From a virus, in the IMG/VR virus record IMGVR_UViG_3300045988_147882: a stretch of DNA of 64,000 bases; one strand, 5' to 3'. A model generated the notes under the pieces. The model did not search any database. It was not told where the DNA came from and was given only the letters and a program-made list of their open reading frames with translations. This document shows, one piece after another, positions 1 through 6,870 of this stretch (the first letter of the stretch is position 1; each line of letters starts with the position of its first letter). Both the position numbers and the translations under genes were made by a program.

Positions 1-146
1 AACACAAAAACTAAACTAGACACATTTTTGGAAATCTAGTTATATATTCTGTATATCAATTATATAGTCCTGCTTTTTTTTATGGTTCGACCATAATTCG
101 ACCATTTGATGTTTTATGTACTATCAAGATTTCTATATTTCATATT

Positions 147-407
147 TTAATCTTTTATAAATTTCCATGCGTCTTTAGGTAGCCATCCTTGCCGATTTTC
201 TGCTATTTCTGAAATAAGAAAACGGGCTTGAGGTTTGTTTTTTATAATGATATCTGCCAATTCATTAGCTTCTAATGTTGATTTTATTAAAAATGTGTTT
301 CTGATATCTGTTCTCCAGTCAGATATTTCTCTGATTGAATTTAATAACTCTTTGGTTTCTTCTTCATTACCTAGAGAATTGTTGTATATAAATATGTAAA
401 CTTTCAT
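147..407 (-). CDS. hypothetical protein (86 aa), last gene of a 3-gene minus-strand cassette
   Basis: ORF with ATGA overlap to the upstream gene; no recognisable motif. Confidence 0.5.
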   Translation of the reverse strand: MKVYIFIYNNSLGNEEETKELLNSIREISDWRTDIRNTFLIKSTLEANELADIIIKNKPQARFLISEIAENRQGWLPKDAWKFIKD

Positions 408-844
408 ACGTTATATATGTTATATTTGCATTTAATAATGTTTATCCTCAAATTATTATCCTCGTTTTTCTTGGCTATATCAATGGCTTCATCTATTACT
501 TCCTCAAATTCTTTATTGATAGGTCTTTTTTTAAATCCAGGAAATCCTTGTACTATATCATTAAGAGAGTTAAGGTAAATAGAAATACTTTCCCAAACGG
601 ATTTATTTTTATTTTTTAATGTGAGAGATAAAATATGTTCAAATACTTCTGTAATTTTATTATAGATATCATCATTAGGATGTATTTCTATATCAGGAAT
701 CTCTTTTCCTTCGGAATTGGAGAAATCAACTCTCTTTAAACGCATAACACTAATTTTCTCCATGTATTCATATTTGTTTAAATACAGGTTCGCTATGTCA
801 GAATAAATCTGCGCCATTGATTGTAATGTATCTATTGAGCACAT
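404..844 (-). CDS. hypothetical protein (about 147 aa; start at internal Met 844 preferred over 910)
   Basis: ORF 404..910. Met at 844 lies 4 nt after the stop of the upstream gene (849). Confidence 0.45.
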   Translation of the reverse strand: MCSIDTLQSMAQIYSDIANLYLNKYEYMEKISVMRLKRVDFSNSEGKEIPDIEIHPNDDIYNKITEVFEHILSLTLKNKNKSVWESISIYLNSLNDIVQGFPGFKKRPINKEFEEVIDEAIDIAKKNEDNNLRINIIKCKYNIYNV

Positions 845-848
845 AATA

Positions 849-1688
849 TTAATCTTTAGATTCCTTTCCACTTGAATTTGAAGAAACAAGTAATCGAACA
901 AAATCTCCAAGAAGTTTATTGTTTTGTTCTGATGTCTTCTTCATTTCATCTCGATATTGTTGAATTGTCTTTTGAAATTCTAGTGTCTTTTCGGCAACAC
1001 TAGATTCAAAATCTTTTTGGATTGTTGTAATATTTGTTTGCAACTCTTCCAATTGTTTGTTGCTTGCAAAAGACAACTTCTTTATTTCATCATCTGCTTG
1101 GTCATTTAATGATTTAATCTTTTTGGCCGCTTGTTTCTCTATATTGCCTGAATTTTCTTTTGCCTTAATAGAGAAATCTTCCATTTTATCCAAATAGTCT
1201 CTTCCTTGTTTTTGCATTTCATCCACTTTAAATATTGAGTATATAGAGAAAATAAGGAATACAATCATCAATATACCAGCCCATAACGACAATACAGTAA
1301 AATCATGCTGTAATTTGTTATATTGTAGCTCTAGCAAAGATAATGATTCTTTTTGTTTTTCTTCCACTATATCAATAACAACTTGATCTAGACTAATGGT
1401 GCTATCTTTAGTTATGGTTAGAGATTTTAAATATTTGTTTGTTAAGTTGTCGTAAAACTCCTTTTGGACTTCAATAACTTTATTTTGACTTCCCCTATAG
1501 TTTAAATGGAAAAGAACGAATATTGCAATGATACAGATTGTACATACAATAATGGAAATTAAGAATTTTCCTTTGTATAGATGAAGGCGTTTTTTATCTA
1601 TATAATGCGAACAATTCTCTGAGCATTTTGCAGACGGGTTATCTTCTTGCTTTGCTGTTTCTTGTTTGGGATTTTCTTTTTCTGTCAT
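849..1688 (-). CDS. membrane-anchored coiled-coil protein (279 aa), function unknown
   Basis: Two hydrophobic helices (FLISIIVCTICIIAIFVLF, WAGILMIVFLIFSIYSIF) separated and followed by heptad-rich segments. Confidence 0.6.
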   Translation of the reverse strand: MTEKENPKQETAKQEDNPSAKCSENCSHYIDKKRLHLYKGKFLISIIVCTICIIAIFVLFHLNYRGSQNKVIEVQKEFYDNLTNKYLKSLTITKDSTISLDQVVIDIVEEKQKESLSLLELQYNKLQHDFTVLSLWAGILMIVFLIFSIYSIFKVDEMQKQGRDYLDKMEDFSIKAKENSGNIEKQAAKKIKSLNDQADDEIKKLSFASNKQLEELQTNITTIQKDFESSVAEKTLEFQKTIQQYRDEMKKTSEQNNKLLGDFVRLLVSSNSSGKESKD

Positions 1689-1703
1689 AGTTATTTTCTT
1701 TTA

Positions 1704-2099
1704 TTATCCTACATTTCGTTCATTTTTCAACATAGCTAATTCGCCTTCGATTTTTTTCAACTTCTCTGTTAGTAATTGATTAGTTTTCATCTGTTCATTT
1801 ATAGTCCCCTGAAGGGTTGCTATTGTATCAACAAGGCGTTCCATGCGTTCAATATTTGGATCAGGTTTGATATCTGAAATCAGCATTGGGCCTTTATTGC
1901 GTAGTAACCAATCTGCTGAAATATCCGTAAATGCGTTTAATGTGAGCTTAATTACTTTAGAGGAAGGTTCTGTGTTTTTTTGAAACATTGAACCAATCAC
2001 CGATTGGGTTACCCCAATTTTAATGGAAAACTGTCTGTCTGACAGCTTATAATAAGAGATAATCTCTCTAATTTTTTCGTTTACGCTTGTTTCAGCCAT
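1704..2099 (-). CDS. HTH (XRE/cI-like) phage repressor, paralog A
   Basis: N-terminal HTH (LSDRQFSIKIGVTQSVIGSMF) plus WLLRNKGPM motif and a C-terminal coiled coil ending GELAMLKNERNVG. Confidence 0.75.
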   Translation of the reverse strand: MAETSVNEKIREIISYYKLSDRQFSIKIGVTQSVIGSMFQKNTEPSSKVIKLTLNAFTDISADWLLRNKGPMLISDIKPDPNIERMERLVDTIATLQGTINEQMKTNQLLTEKLKKIEGELAMLKNERNVG

Positions 2100-2114
2100 A
2101 TCTATAATTAATAG

Positions 2115-2173
2115 TCAATTAACGTAAATACGATTATTTATCAAGCTTTGTGTTTTGTAATTAATGTAAATAC
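2115..2173. promoter_or_regulatory. Two direct repeats TAA(C/T)GTAAATACG in the intergenic region upstream of repressor A (candidate operators)
   Basis: gtcaattaacgtaaatacg at about 2115-2133 and gtaattaatgtaaatacg at about 2156-2173. Confidence 0.4.
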
Positions 2174-2184
2174 GTTTATATTTG
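2154..2184 (+). promoter_or_regulatory. Bacteroides-type promoter (TTTG-19 nt-TATATTTG) reading rightward, antisense to repressor B
   Basis: TTTG at 2154-2157 and TAtaTTTG at 2177-2184. Confidence 0.5.
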
Positions 2185-2188
2185 CATC

Positions 2189-2230
2189 ATCAATCAATCA
2201 ATACTCCAAAAGTATAAAAAGTGATTGATA
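2189..2230. promoter_or_regulatory. Inverted repeat ATCAATCA-N21-TGATTGAT (copy 1)
   Basis: Arms at 2193-2200 and 2222-2229, immediately downstream of the TATATTTG box. Confidence 0.5.
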
Positions 2231-2261
2231 AAACAATGCTATGATATGTTCTTTTCATGGC

Positions 2262-2648
2262 TTATCCTACATTTCTTTCATTCTTCAACATAGCCAGTTC
2301 ACCCTTTAATTTTTGGTTTTCTTCCAAAAGCCGTTGGGTAAGCACTGTCTTCTCATTGATTTCATCCTGCAAATTGGCTATGGTATATACAATACTTTTC
2401 AATTTGTCCATTCCTGGTTCTGTTTCTTCTTTTTGAATGAGCATGGAACCAGTTCCTCTTAACAACCATTCTGCGGAAATTTCCTCAAATGAGGATGAAA
2501 TTGCTATTATTGTTGCAAGGCTAATTTCTCTTTTTCCTATCAGTTGATTATTAATAGTTGTGGGCTTTAATCCACACTTAATAGCAAATCCCCTCTCTGA
2601 TAGCCCTGAATAGGTTATTACTTCTTTAATTCTGTTTATCATAATCAA
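2262..2648 (-). CDS. HTH (XRE/cI-like) phage repressor, paralog B
   Basis: HTH (LSERGFAIKCGLKPTTINNQL), WLLRGTGSM motif, and the same C-terminal 13 aa (GELAMLKNERNVG) as paralog A. Confidence 0.75.
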   Translation of the reverse strand: MIMINRIKEVITYSGLSERGFAIKCGLKPTTINNQLIGKREISLATIIAISSSFEEISAEWLLRGTGSMLIQKEETEPGMDKLKSIVYTIANLQDEINEKTVLTQRLLEENQKLKGELAMLKNERNVG

Positions 2649-2659
2649 TCAAAAGTTAA

Positions 2660-2721
2660 ATATCCACAAATGGGGATATAAAGTAGGTTTTAAATTTTTA
2701 TATATCCACATTTGAGGATAT
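2660..2721. promoter_or_regulatory. Two palindromic operators ATATCC-N8-GGATAT
   Basis: Operators at 2660-2679 and 2702-2721. The second overlaps the -7 box TATATTTG at 2719-2726. Confidence 0.55.
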
Positions 2722-2733
2722 ATTTGCATCATA

Positions 2734-2771
2734 AATCAATCAATCATACAAACATACAAAAATTGATTGAT
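2734..2771. promoter_or_regulatory. Inverted repeat ATCAATCAAT-N17-ATTGATTGAT (copy 2)
   Basis: Arms at 2735-2744 and 2762-2771, in the same position relative to TATATTTGCATCAT as copy 1. Confidence 0.5.
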
Positions 2772-2795
2772 AAAACCAATTAAAAAATAACGATT

Positions 2796-3089
2796 ATGAG
2801 CTACAATTTATCACAAATAATGAAGTCTGCACACCGCAATTACAAGAAGGGTGGAAAAACATTTTCAGAGTGTTTAAAATCTGCATGGAGCTTCGCAAAA
2901 CTCCAAGAAAGTTTCTCACCGGAAGCTATGAAATCAAGAACTGATAAATTTTTAGCTGAAAGACATGAAGCTATGAGCAAGACTGCCAAAGCTACACCTA
3001 GCAAGGAATATAATAACCTTAATATTCCCGCTTCCGCTTACTACAACCCAAATAGTACTCATTACGGTGCACATTACGTCGGAGATTAA
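2796..3089 (+). CDS. hypothetical early protein (97 aa)
   Basis: First rightward ORF after the operator region. Confidence 0.55.
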   Translation: MSYNLSQIMKSAHRNYKKGGKTFSECLKSAWSFAKLQESFSPEAMKSRTDKFLAERHEAMSKTAKATPSKEYNNLNIPASAYYNPNSTHYGAHYVGD

Positions 3090-3104
3090 TCAAATTATAC
3101 AACA

Positions 3105-3341
3105 ATGGATAAAAGAACCGAACTAGAAATACAGCGAGACAAATATGAAGCTGTGATTGAAGAACGAGACGCGTTGATCAGCTCTTTGAGAGGTGAGAAT
3201 GAAAAACTCAAACGAGATTTAGAATCAGAACGTGGATTTTATAGAGAGAAAGTTTCCCAATGTGATGATTTGAAGAAATTTATTGAATCGCAACGAAACT
3301 TAATGGACATAGTTTTGAAGAACAACCAAAGTATTCTCTAA
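3105..3341 (+). CDS. hypothetical coiled-coil protein (78 aa)
   Basis: ORF with heptad-rich sequence. Confidence 0.5.
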   Translation: MDKRTELEIQRDKYEAVIEERDALISSLRGENEKLKRDLESERGFYREKVSQCDDLKKFIESQRNLMDIVLKNNQSIL

Positions 3342-3615
3342 CCCTCACTAAAGTCAAACCAAACCGCCGGTTATCCGGTACCCAGTCCGGTCTTTGAGCC
3401 TGCCCTTGAAGGGAGACTGGGAACAACAGAGAAGAGTTCTTTGACATATTGGTAAAATGGTGTTTTGGAAGCCGACACATGCCGAAAGGGATTACTGATG
3501 TAGGCGGGCTTCTCAACGATATAATGCTGTGGTTAATGGTCAAGCCGTATCGTTGTAAAACTAAATCAGTTAGACGTTTGTCGGCAAATCGAGGTATTTG
3601 CTTTATGTATATAAA
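3342..3615 (+). ncRNA. Candidate structured noncoding leader upstream of tRNA-like gene 1
   Basis: No plausible ORF. Nested helices CCCAGTC/GACTGGG, GAAGCC/GGCTTC and CGATA/TATCG, plus a GAAA-capped hairpin. It starts with the AAAGTCAAACCA leader motif. Confidence 0.3.
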
Positions 3616-3686
3616 GGTGATGTAGCTTAGTTGGTTAGAGCGCATGTTTCTACATGAGGTCGGCGGTTCGAATCCGTTCATCACTT
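3616..3686 (+). tRNA. tRNA-like gene 1 (71 nt): canonical acceptor/D/T arms, 14-nt mini anticodon arm
   Basis: GGTGATG-TA-GCTT-AGTTGGTTA-GAGC-G-CATGT-TTCT-ACATG-AGGTC-GGCGG-TTCGAAT-CCGTT-CATCACT-T. Confidence 0.55.
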
Positions 3687-3702
3687 CAGTGTTTAATTGA
3701 CG

Positions 3703-4149
3703 TTACAACTGCGTGTATATCTTATAAATTGCATAGGCTGTTAAACTAATAATAAAGAATAGAAATGAAATGTAGGAAATTGACTCACAAATTGCGAAGA
3801 TTTTATTGCGTGGTACGGCTGGCGTTACGGTCATTTTGGAATTGTATAAGCTATAGAGGATATATTCTTCTACCCGTTTTTGAGCGTTGCGTATCATCAC
3901 GTTGCTCATTGCTCGATTCTCGTATATGGTTATACACGAAAAAAGGATGGATAGTGCGTTTGAACATATTACCACCAATAGTAAAATTCGACTGCAAGCG
4001 TTGTTGGTTGAAAGATTGCTTAAAGAAACAAGTACAGCAAAAGTAGCAGATGCAACAGTCAACAGAGTGCTTTGGAGTCTGAAAGTCCATTCGATTTTTT
4101 TCTCTAAAGTTTCTTTGTAGTATGAAACTACTTTTTCTTCATTATTCAT
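3703..4149 (-). CDS. integral membrane protein (148 aa), opposite-strand moron
   Basis: ORF with 3-4 hydrophobic helices; the competing overlapping ORFs are shorter and low-complexity. Confidence 0.6.
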   Translation of the reverse strand: MNNEEKVVSYYKETLEKKIEWTFRLQSTLLTVASATFAVLVSLSNLSTNNACSRILLLVVICSNALSILFSCITIYENRAMSNVMIRNAQKRVEEYILYSLYNSKMTVTPAVPRNKIFAICESISYISFLFFIISLTAYAIYKIYTQL

Positions 4150-4160
4150 ATTTTTCTTGT

Positions 4161-4235
4161 TTTTTGATTTGACACTTCAAAAATAAGAAAATCCCCCGTT
4201 CCTTTTTTATTAGCGAATAATCTTGGAACGGGAAA
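4161..4235 (+). promoter_or_regulatory. Repeated leader element copy 1 (conserved box plus hairpin CCCGTTCC/GGAACGGG)
   Basis: The box TTTTTGATTTGACACTTCAAAAATAAGAAAATCCCCCG is shared with 4471-4508. Confidence 0.4.
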
Positions 4236-4258
4236 ATTATTAACTAATTAATAATCAC

Positions 4259-4456
4259 ATGATTCAAGTAACAATTAAAAACGATAGCAATGAGAATTTG
4301 GAAGATGCCACATTCTCATTGCATGTAGAGAATATGCCGATAAAATCAGCTAAAATAGTAGCCGAAAAGCTTCCTGCTATGATACAGAAAGCTTTTGGGG
4401 ATTATGCAGATTGTAAAGTCGGGTTTAATCGAGATAAAAAGAGAGATAATGAATGA
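4259..4456 (+). CDS. hypothetical protein (65 aa)
   Basis: ORF following leader element copy 1. Confidence 0.45.
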   Translation: MIQVTIKNDSNENLEDATFSLHVENMPIKSAKIVAEKLPAMIQKAFGDYADCKVGFNRDKKRDNE

Positions 4457-4470
4457 ATTTCTTCACTTAA

Positions 4471-4556
4471 TTTTTGATTTTACACCCCAAAGTTAAGTAA
4501 ATCCTCCGAATAAAGCGTGATGCTGCCGATCGAATTGGTTCGGGGGAGCTTTTATT
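4471..4556 (+). promoter_or_regulatory. Repeated leader element copy 2 (conserved box plus hairpin CTCCGAA/TTCGGGG)
   Basis: TTTTTGATTTTACACCCCAAAGTTAAGTAAATCCTCCG. The stem sequence differs from copy 1 but pairing is kept. Confidence 0.4.
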
Positions 4557-4571
4557 TTAAAATTAATCAGT

Positions 4572-4778
4572 ATGGAAAAAGAAATAGAAAGACGCAGTAT
4601 AATCAATGTTTTGCGAAACATGGACGTTGGTGCAATAGAAGTATTTCCTATCATTCAAAAAACGTCTGTTACTTACACTTTAAATGCTCGGCTTTATAAA
4701 GAAAAAGCTGAAGGAATGGTTTGGAAAACAAAGTCAGACGTAAAAAATATGCAGTTTATAGTAACTAGAATTGCGTAA
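4572..4778 (+). CDS. hypothetical protein (68 aa)
   Basis: ORF following leader element copy 2. Confidence 0.45.
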   Translation: MEKEIERRSIINVLRNMDVGAIEVFPIIQKTSVTYTLNARLYKEKAEGMVWKTKSDVKNMQFIVTRIA

Positions 4779-4795
4779 CTACCTTGTTTGTTGAG

Positions 4796-5050
4796 ATGAT
4801 TAGAGGTGAAATGGCTGAAATATTGCTAGATAATATTCTCCGTCTGTTTTCTACAGAGACATTCGGAAAAGATAAGTCTGCATATTATGTAGGTGGGGAA
4901 AAGAAATTGATGAATCTTATAGAAGCGGGTAAGATTGAAAGTGATAAGCCTGTAAATGCTCAAAATGGTAAATGGCACTGTAATGCTGCTCAGGTATTAC
5001 TTCATTGCCGATGCGCTAAGAAAGTCAAACGTAAAAAACGGAAGAAATGA
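4796..5050 (+). CDS. hypothetical protein with basic C-terminal tail (KKVKRKKRKK)
   Basis: The ORF track starts at TTG 4784; the first ATG is at 4796. Confidence 0.45.
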   Translation: MIRGEMAEILLDNILRLFSTETFGKDKSAYYVGGEKKLMNLIEAGKIESDKPVNAQNGKWHCNAAQVLLHCRCAKKVKRKKRKK

Positions 5051-5238
5051 AAACATTGAAAATCGTTCATAACATTTTTACAGTGGTTGCCTTATTGGTA
5101 GCTATGTATATAGGTGGGGGAATCGAAGCTACAAGAAGTGATATCGCTTGGTCATATATCATATTCTTCGTAGTCGTTGTACTATTGGTTACTAGATTTA
5201 TCTATGAAGATAAGAAACAAAATAAAAATAGCCTGTGA
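5047..5238 (+). CDS. small membrane protein (63 aa)
   Basis: ATGA overlap with the previous ORF; two hydrophobic helices. Confidence 0.5.
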   Translation: MKTLKIVHNIFTVVALLVAMYIGGGIEATRSDIAWSYIIFFVVVVLLVTRFIYEDKKQNKNSL

Positions 5239-5294
5239 AGGTCAACATTGCTTAATTTTAGTATTTGCCAATTAGCCCGGTTCTCCGGGCATCT

Positions 5295-5365
5295 GCCGGG
5301 ATAGCCCAGTTGGTTAGAGCGCATGTTTCTACATGAGGTCAGCGGTTCGAATCCGTTTCCCGGCT
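5295..5365 (+). tRNA. tRNA-like gene 2 (71 nt): same body as gene 1, different acceptor stem
   Basis: GCCGGGA-TA-GCCC-AGTTGGTTA-GAGC-G-CATGT-TTCT-ACATG-AGGTC-AGCGG-TTCGAAT-CCGTT-TCCCGGC-T. Confidence 0.55.
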
Positions 5366-5461
5366 CAACTCAATCAGAGTTAAGTAACCCGTGAGGGGGA
5401 AAATTATGTTTGTATCAATAACAATTCAATCAATGTAGCCGGAAGCGTCTGGCTACGACCT

Positions 5462-5559
5462 GAAGGAATGGCGGAATTGGTAGACGCAAGTATGCAGATA
5501 GATTGAAGAAAGTCATACATAGGTAATCTGTCATCCCGGTTCGAGTCCGGGTTCCTTCA
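5462..5559 (+). tRNA. tRNA-like gene 3 (98 nt): Leu-like D arm, 46-nt irregular central region
   Basis: GAAGGAA-TG-GCGGAATTGGTAGACGC...CCCGG-TTCGAGT-CCGGG-TTCCTTC-A. No 5-7-5 hairpin was found in any register of the central region. Confidence 0.5.
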
Positions 5560-5786
5560 CAGAGAATTTTTCTTTTTATGTTTAACTAATGTTGCCAGCG
5601 AAAAGGACGCTGTAGGGTTAAAGCCCCTGTTATTTGAGTTTTAATTGTTCTATACTATTCCGGTGTGCTTTGAACGGCTATCCGGAAGCAAGAAGCTCGT
5701 GAGAGTGCTATTTAATAGTTAATGTCGTGTTTTATTTTGTGTTTGTGTTCTAGGTGAATGGTTCGTGAGAATAGTTCACTTAAAAC

Positions 5787-5853
5787 GGATGGCTGGTGTA
5801 ATTGGCAGCATACGCAGATATGCGTGATGTGGGTTCGATCCCCACGCCATTCA
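5787..5853 (+). tRNA. tRNA-like gene 4 (67 nt): mini hairpin ACGCA-GATA-TGCGT instead of an anticodon arm
   Basis: GGATGGC-TG-GTGT-AATTGGCAGC-ATAC...GTGGG-TTCGATC-CCCAC-GCCATTC-A. Confidence 0.5.
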
Positions 5854-5954
5854 CCCTTCTGATCCTAATTAAATTATAGTAGTTCATGAGTTTTGTTTTG
5901 TGTTTGTGATTGGGGTGTATGGTCTGTGAAGATAGTGCACCTTTTTAATTAATC

Positions 5955-6037
5955 GGGCGGATATGTATATCGTTGGTTGAAACTGCGGTGATGTGCACCA
6001 ATATTCCGTGAGACCGGTTCGACTCCGGTTCCGTCCA
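5955..6037 (+). tRNA. tRNA-like gene 5 (83 nt): G3:T70 pair and A73, no canonical anticodon arm
   Basis: GGGCGGA...ACCGG-TTCGACT-CCGGT-TCCGTCC-A. The only central hairpin is GGTG-ATGTG-CACC. Confidence 0.5.
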
Positions 6038-6131
6038 CTAGCATTTACATTATGTATAAATCAGGGAGCCGTACACCCTTCAAGCGTAGCCGTTCCATAA
6101 GGTACATTGGATTATTCATTTTCTTATTTTT

Positions 6132-6162
6132 CTGCCTGTACAATACCGTACAGGCAGTTTTT
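6132..6162 (+). terminator. Rho-independent terminator closing the tRNA-like array
   Basis: CTGCCTGTAC-aatacc-GTACAGGCAG followed by TTTTT. Confidence 0.8.
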
Positions 6163-6170
6163 AACTACCT

Positions 6171-6262
6171 GAAAATGGCGTTAAAATGGCGAAGTTTCTG
6201 TTTGCTAAACTTGTCAATAACGATTACCTTTACTGATGTAATAAACTAAAAGTCAAACCATT
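6171..6262 (+). promoter_or_regulatory. Repeated promoter module copy A
   Basis: AATGGCG direct repeats, then TTTG-20 nt-TACCTTTA, then the AAAAGTCAAACCA leader upstream of the ERF gene. Confidence 0.6.
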
Positions 6263-6273
6263 AATTCAGAATT

Positions 6274-6870
6274 ATGAAAGAATTAGTAACCATTCAGCAA
6301 AAGCTGAAAGCCCCGAAAGGGCAATTTAATAAGTTCGGTAGTTACAAATACCGTAGTTGTGAGGATATTCTTGAGTCAGTGAAACCTATTCTGACTGAAA
6401 CAAAGTGTTCGTTAACTCTCAGTGATGAGATGGTGCCAGTAGGCAATAGAATTTATGTAAAAGCAACTGCCACTTTAACCAACGAAAAAGGGGAAAAAGA
6501 AATAGTGACTGCTTTTGCGAGAGAAGAGGAAACAAAGAAGGGAATGGATGGCAGCCAAATTACCGGAGCCTCATCTTCTTATGCAAGAAAGTATGCTCTT
6601 AACGGTCTATTTTGCATTGATGATACAAAAGACAGTGATGCAACTAACACTCACGATAAAGAAGACGCACAACAGCCTGCAAAAACACCGGCTAGTATGA
6701 AGAATCCAGTTTATACTGGTGCCCAACTGAAAAAGGCTATTGCTGACATGCTTGCTGTCAAAAGCAGAGCTGAACTTGAAAAAGTATGGTATGCTAATCC
6801 GGCTATGCAAAATGATAAAGAGTTTGTAAATGCTTGTATGGAAATGGGCAAAATTTATCCTGCATCATGA
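6274..6870 (+). CDS. ERF-family single-strand annealing protein
   Basis: N-terminal NKFGSYKYRSCEDILESVKPIL and GASSSYARKYALNGLF resemble the ERF family; sits in the recombination module. Confidence 0.65.
   Translation: MKELVTIQQKLKAPKGQFNKFGSYKYRSCEDILESVKPILTETKCSLTLSDEMVPVGNRIYVKATATLTNEKGEKEIVTAFAREEETKKGMDGSQITGASSSYARKYALNGLFCIDDTKDSDATNTHDKEDAQQPAKTPASMKNPVYTGAQLKKAIADMLAVKSRAELEKVWYANPAMQNDKEFVNACMEMGKIYPAS

Noticed and set aside
84-106. GGTTCGACCAT-AA-TTCGACCAT, considered as a tRNA 3' fragment or att core
   Set aside because: There is no acceptor or T-stem context and no second copy within the window. It cannot be supported as an att site from this sequence alone.
3280-3684. 134-aa minus-strand ORF
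   Set aside because: It runs antisense through the structured noncoding segment and tRNA-like gene 1 (the MMNGFEPP stretch is the T arm read backwards), so it is an artefact.
6052-6249. 65-aa plus-strand ORF
   Set aside because: It spans a strong terminator hairpin (6132-6162) and promoter module copy A. The same 'protein' segment (MALKWRSFC) recurs only because the promoter repeat recurs.
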